A stretch of 64,000 nucleotides of DNA from Myxococcota bacterium (GTDB taxonomy: Bacteria; Myxococcota_A; Polyangia; Nannocystales; Nannocystaceae): the NCBI GenBank assembly GCA_039028615.1, contig JBCCHT010000001.1, positions 448,001 to 512,000 on the forward strand, given 5' to 3'. The position numbers and the translations under genes are program-made. The notes beneath the pieces are model-generated. The model was given only the letters and a program-made list of their open reading frames with translations. It had not been told where the DNA came from and did not search any database. Positions 11,901-23,700 of this stretch are shown one piece after another. Numbering within the stretch: position 1 is the stretch's first letter; every line of letters starts with the position of its first letter.

Positions 11901-12020
11901 GGTCGCTCCTCGTGCTGCCGGGGTGGGTCCCCCCGGTCGTGGGCCGGAACGCGCGCCGCGATGGACCACTTACAGGGCCCATGTCGAGTTCGCGCCATCC
12001 TCGCCTCGCCATCCATTCCT

Positions 12021-12623
12021 TCATATCTCACCTCGTAGAGGCATGCCCTGCTTTTCGCAGGCCTGCTTGAAGCTACGGCACGCTCGGTACAGCAGCACAT
12101 CGAGTGTGCCCACCTTCACATCCATGATCTTGGCGCAGTCGTCGCGGTCGCGATCCTCGAGCAGCCGCAGGCGCAAGACCTTGGCGTAGCGAGGGTTGAG
12201 GGTCTCCAGCACCGTCTCGATCTGTTTGCGCAGTTGCTCACGCTGCACCTCTTCTTCCCCGGGCGACTCCGCCTTGCCTCCGCCGAAGGCGTCGACGTGC
12301 TCGGCGAACGCCCCCCGCAGCCGCTGCCGCCGCCCCGATGCGCGCAACAAGTCGCGCGCCTTGTTCTTCGCCAGCACCTTCAGCCAGCTGTAGATGCCCG
12401 GCGCCTTCCACTGATAGTTGGGCAGCGCCCGGTTGGCCGCGAGGAAGGTCTCCCGCAGGCAGTCCTCCGCATCGTCGGCGTCGCCCAACATCGGGATGAG
12501 CACGTAGCCGTACAGCGGTCGCGCGTAGGCGCGATAGATCTGCGAGAACGCCCGCCGGTCTCCCGACTGAGCCCGCGCGACGACGCTTTCTTCGTCGGGC
12601 AAGGCCTGCGGGCGAGCGCTCAC
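12021..12623 (-). CDS. ECF (sigma-70 family) RNA polymerase sigma factor
   Basis: Region 2 'DAEDCLRETFLAA...YSWLKVLAKNKARD'; region 4 'LNPRYAKVLRLRLLED...CAKIMDVKVGTLDVLLYRA'. Confidence 0.9.
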   Translation of the reverse strand: MSARPQALPDEESVVARAQSGDRRAFSQIYRAYARPLYGYVLIPMLGDADDAEDCLRETFLAANRALPNYQWKAPGIYSWLKVLAKNKARDLLRASGRRQRLRGAFAEHVDAFGGGKAESPGEEEVQREQLRKQIETVLETLNPRYAKVLRLRLLEDRDRDDCAKIMDVKVGTLDVLLYRACRSFKQACEKQGMPLRGEI

Positions 12624-12712
12624 GGCGGCGAGAGTATCGCGCAGACCGCTGCGGCCCAACTTCTGCGGAGACCGGTGCGGGCCGGATCGCGGAATTCGAC
12701 TAGCATGCGCCC

Positions 12713-13462
12713 GTGCCCCGCCTCGATGCCCTGATCGCGCGAAACCTGGGGATTTCGCGACGCCAGGTGACCCGCCTGCTCCGAGCGGGGCGGATCGAGA
12801 CGCAGGAGGGTCAGCGGGTCGACGACGGCCGCGAGCCCTGCCGACCCAGCGACGGCCCGCGCCAGGTGGTGGTGGACGGGGAGCCGCACACGCTGCACCA
12901 CCGGGTGAGTCGGCTGCTGCACAAGCCCCTGGGCGTCGTGACGGCCCACCGCGATGCCCGGCATCCCACCGCCTACGCGCTCATGGAAGACGCTCCGCTG
13001 TTCAAGGAGCTGCGCGCGGTGGGCCGGCTCGACCTCGACACGAGCGGCCTGCTGCTGTGGACCACGGACGGCACGCTGCTGCATCGGCTCACGCATCCTC
13101 GGTATGCGGTCCCCCGCGAGTATCACGTGGGCCTCGCTCGGGACTTCGCCGAGCCCGGCCCCGACCTCGAGCTGGACGACGGGCACCGACCCACCATCGG
13201 AACGCTGCTGCGCACCGATCCGAGCACCATGCACCCCGCCCTGCGGCGCTCCGAAGGCGCCGTCGTGCACGCGACCATCACGTTGACCAGCGGTCGTTTC
13301 CACGAAGTTCGCCGGATCTTTGCCGCGCTCGGCTCCGAGGTCCTCGACCTGTGCCGGGTCCGCTACGGCGACGTGCTCCTGCCCGAGACGCTGCCCGCCG
13401 GGCGCCACGAAGCCATCGATCTACACGCGCGCTTTCATGGCCTCAGCCCCGCTCCGACCTGA
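12713..13462 (+). CDS. rRNA pseudouridine synthase, RsuA family with S4 domain
   Basis: 'RLDALIA...SRRQ', 'HKPLGVVT', catalytic 'GRLDLDTSGLLLWTTDG', 'GRFHEVRRIF'. Confidence 0.92.
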   Translation: MPRLDALIARNLGISRRQVTRLLRAGRIETQEGQRVDDGREPCRPSDGPRQVVVDGEPHTLHHRVSRLLHKPLGVVTAHRDARHPTAYALMEDAPLFKELRAVGRLDLDTSGLLLWTTDGTLLHRLTHPRYAVPREYHVGLARDFAEPGPDLELDDGHRPTIGTLLRTDPSTMHPALRRSEGAVVHATITLTSGRFHEVRRIFAALGSEVLDLCRVRYGDVLLPETLPAGRHEAIDLHARFHGLSPAPT

Positions 13463-13508
13463 CGGTTCGGATGGACAGGCTCGCGAGACCAGACGTAGGC
13501 TTCGCGCC

Positions 13509-15725
<2,217 letters not shown>

Positions 15726-15883
15726 ACCGGCCACCATCGGCGCGGGGTTTTCACCCACAGTCGACCTGGAGCCGGGCCGACCGGCGGCGAAGAACCCGCG
15801 CCTCGCGCGGGTCGGGGGGGCTATCATCAGCGCCCGTGGCAGCGGCGGGCTGACGGGCCCGGAACCGAGGAACGGACGCGAAC

Positions 15884-15909
15884 GAAACATCGCCCCGCTT
15901 CCCCCCGTT
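15884..15909 (+). promoter_or_regulatory. Candidate ECF-type promoter GAAAC-N17-CGTT
   Basis: Matches generic ECF -35 'AAC' / -10 'CGT' pattern about 35 nt upstream of the NrsF-like gene. Confidence 0.35.
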
Positions 15910-15943
15910 AGTCAGGTGTCCGCATCAGCGAGCCCGTGTTCCC

Positions 15944-16564
15944 GTGACCCCGAACCCCAACGCCAAGCACGCGATCCTCCAAGACCTCAAACAAGGTCAG
16001 AAGGTCCGCCGTGCGCACTTCCTGCCCGCCGTGGGGCTCGTGGCCATCGTGGTCGTCGGTGTGTTGGTCTCGATGAAGACTCGGCCCGATCTGCTCGAGC
16101 TCCCTCCGGCCCAGCTCGCCTTGCAGGGATGTTTGTGGATCTTGTGCCTGCTCGTCATGCCCGCCGTGGGCGTGGGCTTGCTGTTTCCGAGCCGTACCGC
16201 TCGCTTCGCCCTCGCGGGCACGGCCATCTTGTTGGCTGCCGCCGCGGCGACCGGCTGGCCCTTCGCTCATGTGCACCACGGAGGTGAGGGCGGCGTCGAT
16301 CGTTGCCTGTCGCTGGTGATGGGCACGGGCGTCATGTTGGTGCTGATCGGCTTCCTCAGCGGGGCCTTCGTGCAGCGGCGCGGCGTCTCGGGTGTGTTCT
16401 GGGTCGCCTCGGGCCTGGCCTTGGTCGCGCTCAACGTCGTGACCTGGCACTGCCCCAGCTCTGGGCTCATGCACATCCTGCCGAGCCACCTCGGCGGCGC
16501 AGCCCTGCTGCTGGGCTTGGCGGTCGTGGTCGGCATCCTCAGTCGTCGCAAGCCCTCGGCCTGA
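15944..16564 (+). CDS. NrsF/DUF1109-like polytopic membrane protein
   Basis: About six TM helices; 'DRCL' and 'TWHCPSSGLMHILPSH' resemble NrsF Cys/His motifs. Confidence 0.55.
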   Translation: MTPNPNAKHAILQDLKQGQKVRRAHFLPAVGLVAIVVVGVLVSMKTRPDLLELPPAQLALQGCLWILCLLVMPAVGVGLLFPSRTARFALAGTAILLAAAAATGWPFAHVHHGGEGGVDRCLSLVMGTGVMLVLIGFLSGAFVQRRGVSGVFWVASGLALVALNVVTWHCPSSGLMHILPSHLGGAALLLGLAVVVGILSRRKPSA

Positions 16565-16571
16565 GGCGACC

Positions 16572-17207
16572 GTGTCCGAAGTGAATCCGAGCGTGCGCCC
16601 GGCCTTGCGCATCGCCGCGCTCGTACCCGCCACCACTGCCGAAGGCCCCGGGCTGCGCCTGGCGATCTGGGTGCAGGGGTGTGCGCTCCGCTGCCCGGGC
16701 TGCTGCAACCCGGAGTTTTTCAACGCCGGCCGCGGCGAAGCCACCGAGGTCTCGTCGGTCCTCGCGCGTGTGGACGAGTCGATGCGCGCGCACGGCATCG
16801 AGGGCCTCTCGATCCTCGGCGGCGAGCCCCTCGAGCAGATCGACGGCGTCACCGCCCTCGCCCACGGTGCCCGACGACGAGGGCTCGGCGTGCTGTTGTT
16901 CTCCGGGTACCGCCTCGACGAAGCGCAGCGCCGCCCGGGCTTCGCCTCGCTGTGGTCCCAGGTCGACACGATGCTCGACGGTCGCTTCGACGCCAAGCAG
17001 CCCGAGCCGCCCCCGCATGCGGGCGGCCGTCGCTTCATCGGCTCGCGCAACCAACGGCTCCACCACCGAACGGCTCGCTATCGCGATCCTTCTTTGTGGC
17101 AGGGCTCGCCGCGCATCGAGGTGCACCTCGACGATCAGGGCGGCTTCAATGCCCACGGGGAACCGGTCGCGGTTCGAGATCTCCTTCGGGCCCTCGATCG
17201 GCGCTGA
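16572..17207 (+). CDS. NrdG-like radical SAM (4Fe-4S single cluster) protein
   Basis: 'EGPGLRLAIWVQGCALRCPGCCNP' (CxxxCxxC), 'GLSILGGEP', 'DGRF', 'GSRNQR'. Confidence 0.88.
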   Translation: MSEVNPSVRPALRIAALVPATTAEGPGLRLAIWVQGCALRCPGCCNPEFFNAGRGEATEVSSVLARVDESMRAHGIEGLSILGGEPLEQIDGVTALAHGARRRGLGVLLFSGYRLDEAQRRPGFASLWSQVDTMLDGRFDAKQPEPPPHAGGRRFIGSRNQRLHHRTARYRDPSLWQGSPRIEVHLDDQGGFNAHGEPVAVRDLLRALDRR

Positions 17208-17326
17208 GCGCCCCTAGCACCCCAGATTTCGCCTATTTGGCGATCTCTCGCCGATCCAGCCAACCGTGATTTCTTTCACGCCGACATCTACTGCGATGTA
17301 TCCTGAAGTAGGTGCCAGGAGTAGGG

Positions 17327-17608
17327 ATGATGAACGGAAAAGACGTAGATGTGATGGTGCGATGGCAACGTGAGTCCAAGCTGGCGCTCGATCAGCTGCG
17401 ACAGCAGCGATCACAGCACGAGGCCTCCCTGGAAGCGGCGATGGAGGCCATTCGCGTGCACACCGAGGCGGTCGAGCGCATCGAAGGCGACATCGAGGTC
17501 CTCGAGACGGCGCTGGCTTGTGTCGAGCACGAGCACGAAACGGTGCCCGCACCGGCCCAGCCGTTGCGCCCGGTTGCCACGCTGCCGACCGCGGTGGGAC
17601 AACACTGA
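17327..17608 (+). CDS. Small coiled-coil hypothetical protein
   Basis: AGGAG RBS; heptad-like 'LALDQLRQQRSQHEASLEAAMEAI'. Confidence 0.55.
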   Translation: MMNGKDVDVMVRWQRESKLALDQLRQQRSQHEASLEAAMEAIRVHTEAVERIEGDIEVLETALACVEHEHETVPAPAQPLRPVATLPTAVGQH

Positions 17609-17615
17609 GCGACTC

Positions 17616-18110
17616 ATGGCCGACGCTCCCCGACGTCCTTGGTACTGGCTGCTCAAGAGCGAGCCGGATGCGTATTCCATCGACGACCTGAAGCGCGACG
17701 GCCGTGAGCCCTGGGACGGCATACGCAACTTCTCGGCTCGCAATCGCATGCGGGAGATGAAGTGCGGCGAGCTGGCGCTGTTTTACCACTCGAGCACCAA
17801 GCCGACCGGCGTCGTCGGTCTGTGCCGCGTGGTCCAAGAGGCCTACCCCGATCCCAGCCAGTTCGACGCGAAGAGTCGGTACTTCGACGCCAAGTCGACG
17901 CAGGAAAAGCCGCGCTGGTCGATGGTCGACGTGGAGTACGTCGGCCATCTGCCACGCATGGTGACGCTCGACGAGATCAAGGACGAAGCGGCGCTGTCCG
18001 AGATGGTGCTGGTCCGGCGGGCGCGGCTATCGGTGCAGCCGGTCACCAGCGCCGAGTTTCGCCACATCGTAAAGATGGGCGGCGGCACGATGCCCAAGCG
18101 CTCGAAGTAG
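17616..18110 (+). CDS. EVE domain protein
   Basis: 'YWLLKSEP...WDGIRNFSARN...FYHS...AYPDPSQFD...PRWSMVDV...RLSVQPV'. Confidence 0.93.
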   Translation: MADAPRRPWYWLLKSEPDAYSIDDLKRDGREPWDGIRNFSARNRMREMKCGELALFYHSSTKPTGVVGLCRVVQEAYPDPSQFDAKSRYFDAKSTQEKPRWSMVDVEYVGHLPRMVTLDEIKDEAALSEMVLVRRARLSVQPVTSAEFRHIVKMGGGTMPKRSK

Positions 18111-18117
18111 CCGCCCC

Positions 18118-19161
18118 TCAGGCGGGTTCGGGCAGCGCGGCCAGGTCGGCGAGCATCCGCGACGCTCGCTCGGGCGCCATGAAGCTGTGCTCGATCGACG
18201 CCTGCGCCAGCGCCCGTAGCCGCGATGCGCCCCAGCCGAAGGTATCCGCCACGCGCTCGTATTCCTGCACGAGGTTGGTCTGAAATAGCGGCGGATCGTC
18301 GCTGCCCAGGCTCACCTTCAGGCCAGCATCGAGCAGCTTCGGCAGCGGGTGCTCGACCATGCTGCCCACCACCCCGAGACACACGTTGCTGCTCGGGCAG
18401 ACCTCGAGGGGGATGCCCTCGGTGCGCAGGTGCTCGACCAGGCTCGGGTCGTCGAGGCATCGCACGCCGTGGCCGATGCGCTCGGCTCCCAGCAGTCGCA
18501 GCACTTCCCACATGCGCTCGGGGCCGTCCAGCTCGCCCGCGTGGGGCAGGCTGTGCAGGCCCGCCGCCTTCGCCCGCGCAAAGACATCGCGAAGCGGCTC
18601 GGTCTCGTGGGGCCGATCCTCGGGGCCGCCGAGCCCCAGGCCGACCACCGCGCCCGGATCGAACGCGGCCATGGTCATCGCAAACTCGAGGGTGGGGTCG
18701 GCTTGCTCCGGGAAGATGCGGACGATGTCGAAGACCCAGCGCAGCTCGATGTCGTGGCGCTGTCGCACGCGGGCCCGGCCCGCCTTCAGCCCCTCGAGCA
18801 TGGGCTCGTCCGCGATGCCGCGGTGACGGTGGAGCGCGGGGGTAAAGGTGACCTCTGCATAGCCGACCCCCTGCGCGTGGAGCCGCCGCCCCAGGTCTTC
18901 GACGATCGCGGCGAAGTCCTCCGCCTCGTGCAGGCAGGAGGCAATCGCCAGGTACAGCCGTAGGAAGCCCGAGAAGTCGACGAAGGGAAAGGCGTCGCGT
19001 AGGTCAACGGACTCGTCGTCCGGGTCGACACCCGGCAGCGTCACGCCGCGTTTTTTGGCCAACGTGCGAGCCGTGGCGGGGCTGACGGAGCCCTCGAGGT
19101 GCAGGTGGAGCTCGGCCTTGGGCATGGCCCGAATGAAGTCCGCGAGGGCGCGCGAGGGCAT
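18118..19161 (-). CDS. add: Adenosine deaminase
   Basis: 'PKAELHLHLEGS', 'HAGE', 'RIGHG', 'EVCPSSN', 'SDDP'. Confidence 0.92.
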   Translation of the reverse strand: MPSRALADFIRAMPKAELHLHLEGSVSPATARTLAKKRGVTLPGVDPDDESVDLRDAFPFVDFSGFLRLYLAIASCLHEAEDFAAIVEDLGRRLHAQGVGYAEVTFTPALHRHRGIADEPMLEGLKAGRARVRQRHDIELRWVFDIVRIFPEQADPTLEFAMTMAAFDPGAVVGLGLGGPEDRPHETEPLRDVFARAKAAGLHSLPHAGELDGPERMWEVLRLLGAERIGHGVRCLDDPSLVEHLRTEGIPLEVCPSSNVCLGVVGSMVEHPLPKLLDAGLKVSLGSDDPPLFQTNLVQEYERVADTFGWGASRLRALAQASIEHSFMAPERASRMLADLAALPEPA

Positions 19162-19209
19162 GGCGGCCGCAGGCTATCAGGCATGGCAGGTCTTGCTACC
19201 CTGCGGTCG

Positions 19210-20679
19210 ATGAACACCGCGGCCTACAAGACGATCCCTCCCCGCGAGATCCCGTTGGGTTGGGCCCTGGTTCCGGTCGCGGCGCTCGTCGCCTTCCTCT
19301 CGTTCGTGCTCATCGTCTTGCCCCGTTTCGAGCCGACCTACGAGGGCACGGGGCACGTGCCTCTGCTGGCCGCAGCCGTGGTGGCCGCCCTGGTCGCCAG
19401 CCGCTTCGGCTACGGCTGGGACGCGCTCGAAGCCGCGATCACCGACGCGATCAAGCGCGCCATGCCGGCCGTGCTCATCCTGATGGTCATCGGCATGCTC
19501 ATGGGCACCTGGATCGCGGGCGGCATCGTGCCCGCCCTGGTGCACTGGGGCCTGGACCTGCTGTCCCCGACCTGGTTTCTGCCCACCGCGTGCGCCGTGT
19601 GCTCGATCGTCAGCGTGGTGAGCGGCTCGTCGTGGTCGACCGCGAGCACCGTCGGCGTGGCGCTCATCGGCATCGGAAACGAGATGGGCATCGACCCCGC
19701 GATGACGGCCGGCGCCATCGTCAGCGGGGCCTACTTCGGCGACAAGCTCTCGCCGATGTCCGACACCACCAACCTCGCGCCCGCGATGGCCGGGACCTCG
19801 CTGTTCGTGCACATCCGCCACCAGATGTACACCACGGGCCCCGCGTGGGTCATCGCGATGATCGGCTACACGATCCTCGGCATGAACCTGACGCCCAACG
19901 TGGACGCGGCCGCCTCGGGGGGCCTCCAGCAGGTACTGCAGGCCAACTTCCACCCCGGGCTGCTTCACCTGCTGCCCCCCACGGTCGTGCTGTTGCTGGT
20001 GATGCGCAGGGTCCCCGCGCTGCCGCTGCTGCTGGTCGGCGCCACCCTCGGCGGGGTGGTGGCGGTCGTGGCCGAGGGCGCCACCGTCGGGCAGGTCTTC
20101 ACCGTCGCGCTCGAGGGCTACACCAGCGCCACCGGAGACCCCAAGGTCGACGAGCTGCTCACCCGCGGCGGCATGTTCAAGATGGAGTCCACCATCTTCT
20201 TGGTCATCTGCGCGATGGCCTTCGGCGGCATCATGGAGGGCACGGGCATGCTGCGGGTCATCGCCAGTCGGCTGCTCGAGTCGGCCCGCTCGGTGGGCTC
20301 GCTCATCGCCACTACCGTGCTCACTGCGTTCGGGCTCAACGTGGTGGCGGGCGACCAGTACATCTCCATCGTGGTGCCCGGCCGCATGTACGCGCGGGCC
20401 TACCGAGAGCGAGGGCTGCACGGCAAGAACCTGTCCCGGGCGCTCGAGGACGGCGGCACCATCACCTCGCCGCTCATCCCGTGGAACTCCTGCGGTCACT
20501 TCATGGCGACCACCCTGCTGGTCTCCACTGGCTCGTACTTCATGTATGCGTTCCTCAACCTCGCCAACCCGCTGATCTCGATGATCTACGGGTTCACGGG
20601 GTGGACCATCGTGCGGATCAACCCCGACGAGATGGAAGCCGAAGGCGAGCTGATTTCCGACTCGCCCGCGGTGCGCTGA
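19210..20679 (+). CDS. nhaC: Na+/H+ antiporter NhaC family transporter
   Basis: 'GSSWSTASTVGVA', 'SGAYFGDKLSPMSDTTNLA', 'LSRALEDGGT...LIPWN'. Confidence 0.9.
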   Translation: MNTAAYKTIPPREIPLGWALVPVAALVAFLSFVLIVLPRFEPTYEGTGHVPLLAAAVVAALVASRFGYGWDALEAAITDAIKRAMPAVLILMVIGMLMGTWIAGGIVPALVHWGLDLLSPTWFLPTACAVCSIVSVVSGSSWSTASTVGVALIGIGNEMGIDPAMTAGAIVSGAYFGDKLSPMSDTTNLAPAMAGTSLFVHIRHQMYTTGPAWVIAMIGYTILGMNLTPNVDAAASGGLQQVLQANFHPGLLHLLPPTVVLLLVMRRVPALPLLLVGATLGGVVAVVAEGATVGQVFTVALEGYTSATGDPKVDELLTRGGMFKMESTIFLVICAMAFGGIMEGTGMLRVIASRLLESARSVGSLIATTVLTAFGLNVVAGDQYISIVVPGRMYARAYRERGLHGKNLSRALEDGGTITSPLIPWNSCGHFMATTLLVSTGSYFMYAFLNLANPLISMIYGFTGWTIVRINPDEMEAEGELISDSPAVR

Positions 20680-20745
20680 GCCCCCGGCCACGGGGGTCGC
20701 GAGCGTGCCGCGGACCGGCACGCTCGCTCGTACACGGCCGCGCGC

Positions 20746-23700
20746 CTACGGAGCGCAGTGACCACACTCGGTGCAGGCGTCCCAGCAACAGTCGCCGAAG
20801 AACACACAGGACGGGTCGCACCAGCACCCGCCGCCTCCGATGAAGCCCCCGCAGCCCGAGGCACAGGCGCAGTCGTTCGGGCAGTTGAACTGCGTCTCGC
20901 CCGGTCCGCAGGTCCCGTCGCCGCAGGAGTCGCACGCACAGTCGACGACGCAGGAGGCACACGACTCGCCCGAGGCCATGTCGCAGATGCCATCGCCGCA
21001 GGGGTCACACACGCCACAGTCGGCGTCGCAGGTGACGCACGACTCGCCGAGGGCGGGCTCGCAGACCCCGTTGCCGCAGTCTCCACAGGCGCCGCAATCG
21101 GCCGGGCAGGTGATGCACGACTCGCCGATACCCGGGTTGCAGAACCCGTCGTTGCAGCCCGAGCACGTGCCGCAGTCCGCCGGGCACGAGTCGCAGGTCT
21201 CGCCCGCCACCGGGTCGCAGGAGCCGTCGCCACACACCGCACAGGGACCGCAGTCCGCCGCGCACGAGGCACAGTCTTCGCCCGCCCCGAGGTCGCAGAG
21301 CCCGTCGCCGCAGCCCGGGCATGCGCCACAGTCGACGGCGCAGGTCGTGCACGACTCGAGGGCGTCGCAGGTCCCGTCGCCGCAGGTGCCACAGGCTCCG
21401 CAGTCCGCCGCACAGGAGGCACAGTCCTCGCCCGCCGCGGCGTCGCAGACCCCGTCGCCGCAGCCCGCACAGGGACCGCAGTCCGCTGCACAGGTCGCGC
21501 AGTCCTCGGTGGCGTCGCAGGTGCCGTCGCCACAGACCACGCAGGGGCCACAATCGGCCGCACAGGTCGCACAGTCTTCACCGTCGACCGGCTGACACAC
21601 GCCGTCGCCACAGCCTCCACAGGGGCCGCAGTCGCCCGGGCACGACGCACAGTCTTCCCCGGCATCGCAGACCCCGTTGCCGCAGCCTCCGCAGGGGCCA
21701 CAGTCCGCCGCACAGGTGTTGCAGTCCTCGCCCGCTGCCGCGTCGCACAGGCCATCGCCGCACACCGAACAGGGGCCGCAGTCCGCCGCACAGGTGTTGC
21801 AGTCCTCGCCCGCCGCCGCGTCGCACAGACCGTCGCCGCAGGTCACACAGGGACCGCAGTCCGCCGCACAGGTGTTGCAGTCCTCGCCCACCGCCGCGTC
21901 GCAGACCCCGTCGCCACAGCTCACGCAGGGGCCACAGTCGGCCGCACACGAGCCGCAGTCTTCACCCGCCGCCGCATCGCAGACTCCGTCGCCGCAGCTC
22001 GGGCACGCGCCACAGTCCACCGCACACGAGGCACAGTCTTCGCCCGCCGCCGGGTCACAGACCCCGTCGCCACACGAGACGCACACGCCACAGTCGGCTT
22101 CGCACGAGGCACAGTCCTCGCCCGCCGCCGGGTCACACAGCCCGTCGCCGCACGAGACACAGGGGCCACAATCGGCCGCGCACGAGCCACAGTCTTCGCC
22201 CGCCGCCGGGTCGCACACTCCGTCGCCGCAGCTGGGACATGCGCCACAATCGAGGGCACACGAAGCGCAGTCTTCGCCCGCCGCCGGGTCGCAGACTCCG
22301 TCGCCACACGAGACACAGGGCCCGCAGTCGGCCGCACACGTCGCGCAGTCCTCACCCGCCGCCGGGTCACAGACCCCGTCGCCGCAGGTCACACAGGGAC
22401 CGCAGTCGGCCGCACACGTGGCACAGTCCTCGCCGATCGCTCCGTCGCAGACCCCGTCACCACAGGTGACGCAGGGTCCACAGTCCACGGGACAGGTCCC
22501 GCAGTCCTCGCCCGCCGCCGGGTCGCATGCACCGTCGCCGCAGCTGGCACACGGGCCACAGTCGGCCGGGCACGTGCCGCAATCCTCGGCCGCGGCCGGG
22601 TCACAGACCCCGTCGCCACACGCCGAGCAAGGGCCACAGTCGAGCTCGCACGTGGTGCAGTCCTCGCCCGCCGCCGCGTCGCAGGCCCCGTCGCCGCAGG
22701 TCGGGCACGCCCCGCAGTCGACCGGACACGTCGCGCAGTCCTCGGCGAAGGCCGGGTCGCAGACCCCGTCGCCACACGCCGCACAGGGACCACAGTCCGC
22801 GACACAGTTGCCGCAGCTCTCGCCCACCGCCGGGTCACAGACCCCGTCGCCGCAGGTCGGGCATGGGCCGCAGTCGACCGGGCAGCTGCCGCAGTTCTCC
22901 GACGCCGGGTCGCAGACCCCGTCGCCACAGGTCGGGCACGCCCCGCAGTCGAGCGCACAGCTGCCGCAGTCCTCGGTGGTCGGGTCGCAGAACCCGTCGC
23001 CACAGGTCGGGCACGGGCCACAGTCGGGCACGCAGGTCGCACAGCTCTCGCCCGAGGCCGCATCGCAGATGCCGTCACCACAGGCACAGGGACCACAGTC
23101 CGCGCTGCAGGTGGTGCAGTCCTCGCCCGCGAACGGGTCGCAGAACCCGTCGCCACAGCTGGCACAGGGGCCGCAGTCGAGCTCACAGGTGGTGCAGTCC
23201 TCGCCCGCGAACGGGTCGCAGAACAGGTCGCCACACGCCGGGCAGGTGCCACAGTCCTGCGCACAGAACAGGCAGCTCTCGCCCGCCGCTTCGTCGCAGA
23301 ACCCGTCGCCGCACGCCGAACAGGGGCCGCAGTCGTCCTCACAGGAGAAACAGGTCTCCCCCACGAAGGGATCGCAGACCCCGTCACCGCAGCCGCTACA
23401 GGGGCCGCAGTCCTCTTCGCAGTTGAAGCAGAACTCCAGCGAGGCCGCGTCGCAGAAGCCGTCGCCGCAGGAGCCACAGTCGCCGCAGTCCTCGGGGCAG
23501 CTGAAGCAGAACTCCAGCGACTCGGCATCGCAGACGCCGTCGCCACACTCGCCACACGAGCCGCAGTCCTCTTCACACGAGAAGCAGAACTCGCCCGAGA
23601 ACACGTCACAGAAGCCGTCGCCGCAGCTTCCACACTCGCCGCAATCCTCTTCGCAGGTGAAGCAGGCCTCACCGGAAATCGGGTCGCAGACCCCGTCCCC

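Noticed and set aside
16572..17207. RiPP cluster around the radical SAM gene
   Set aside because: Short NrdG-type enzyme without SPASM/RRE domains and no credible precursor peptide
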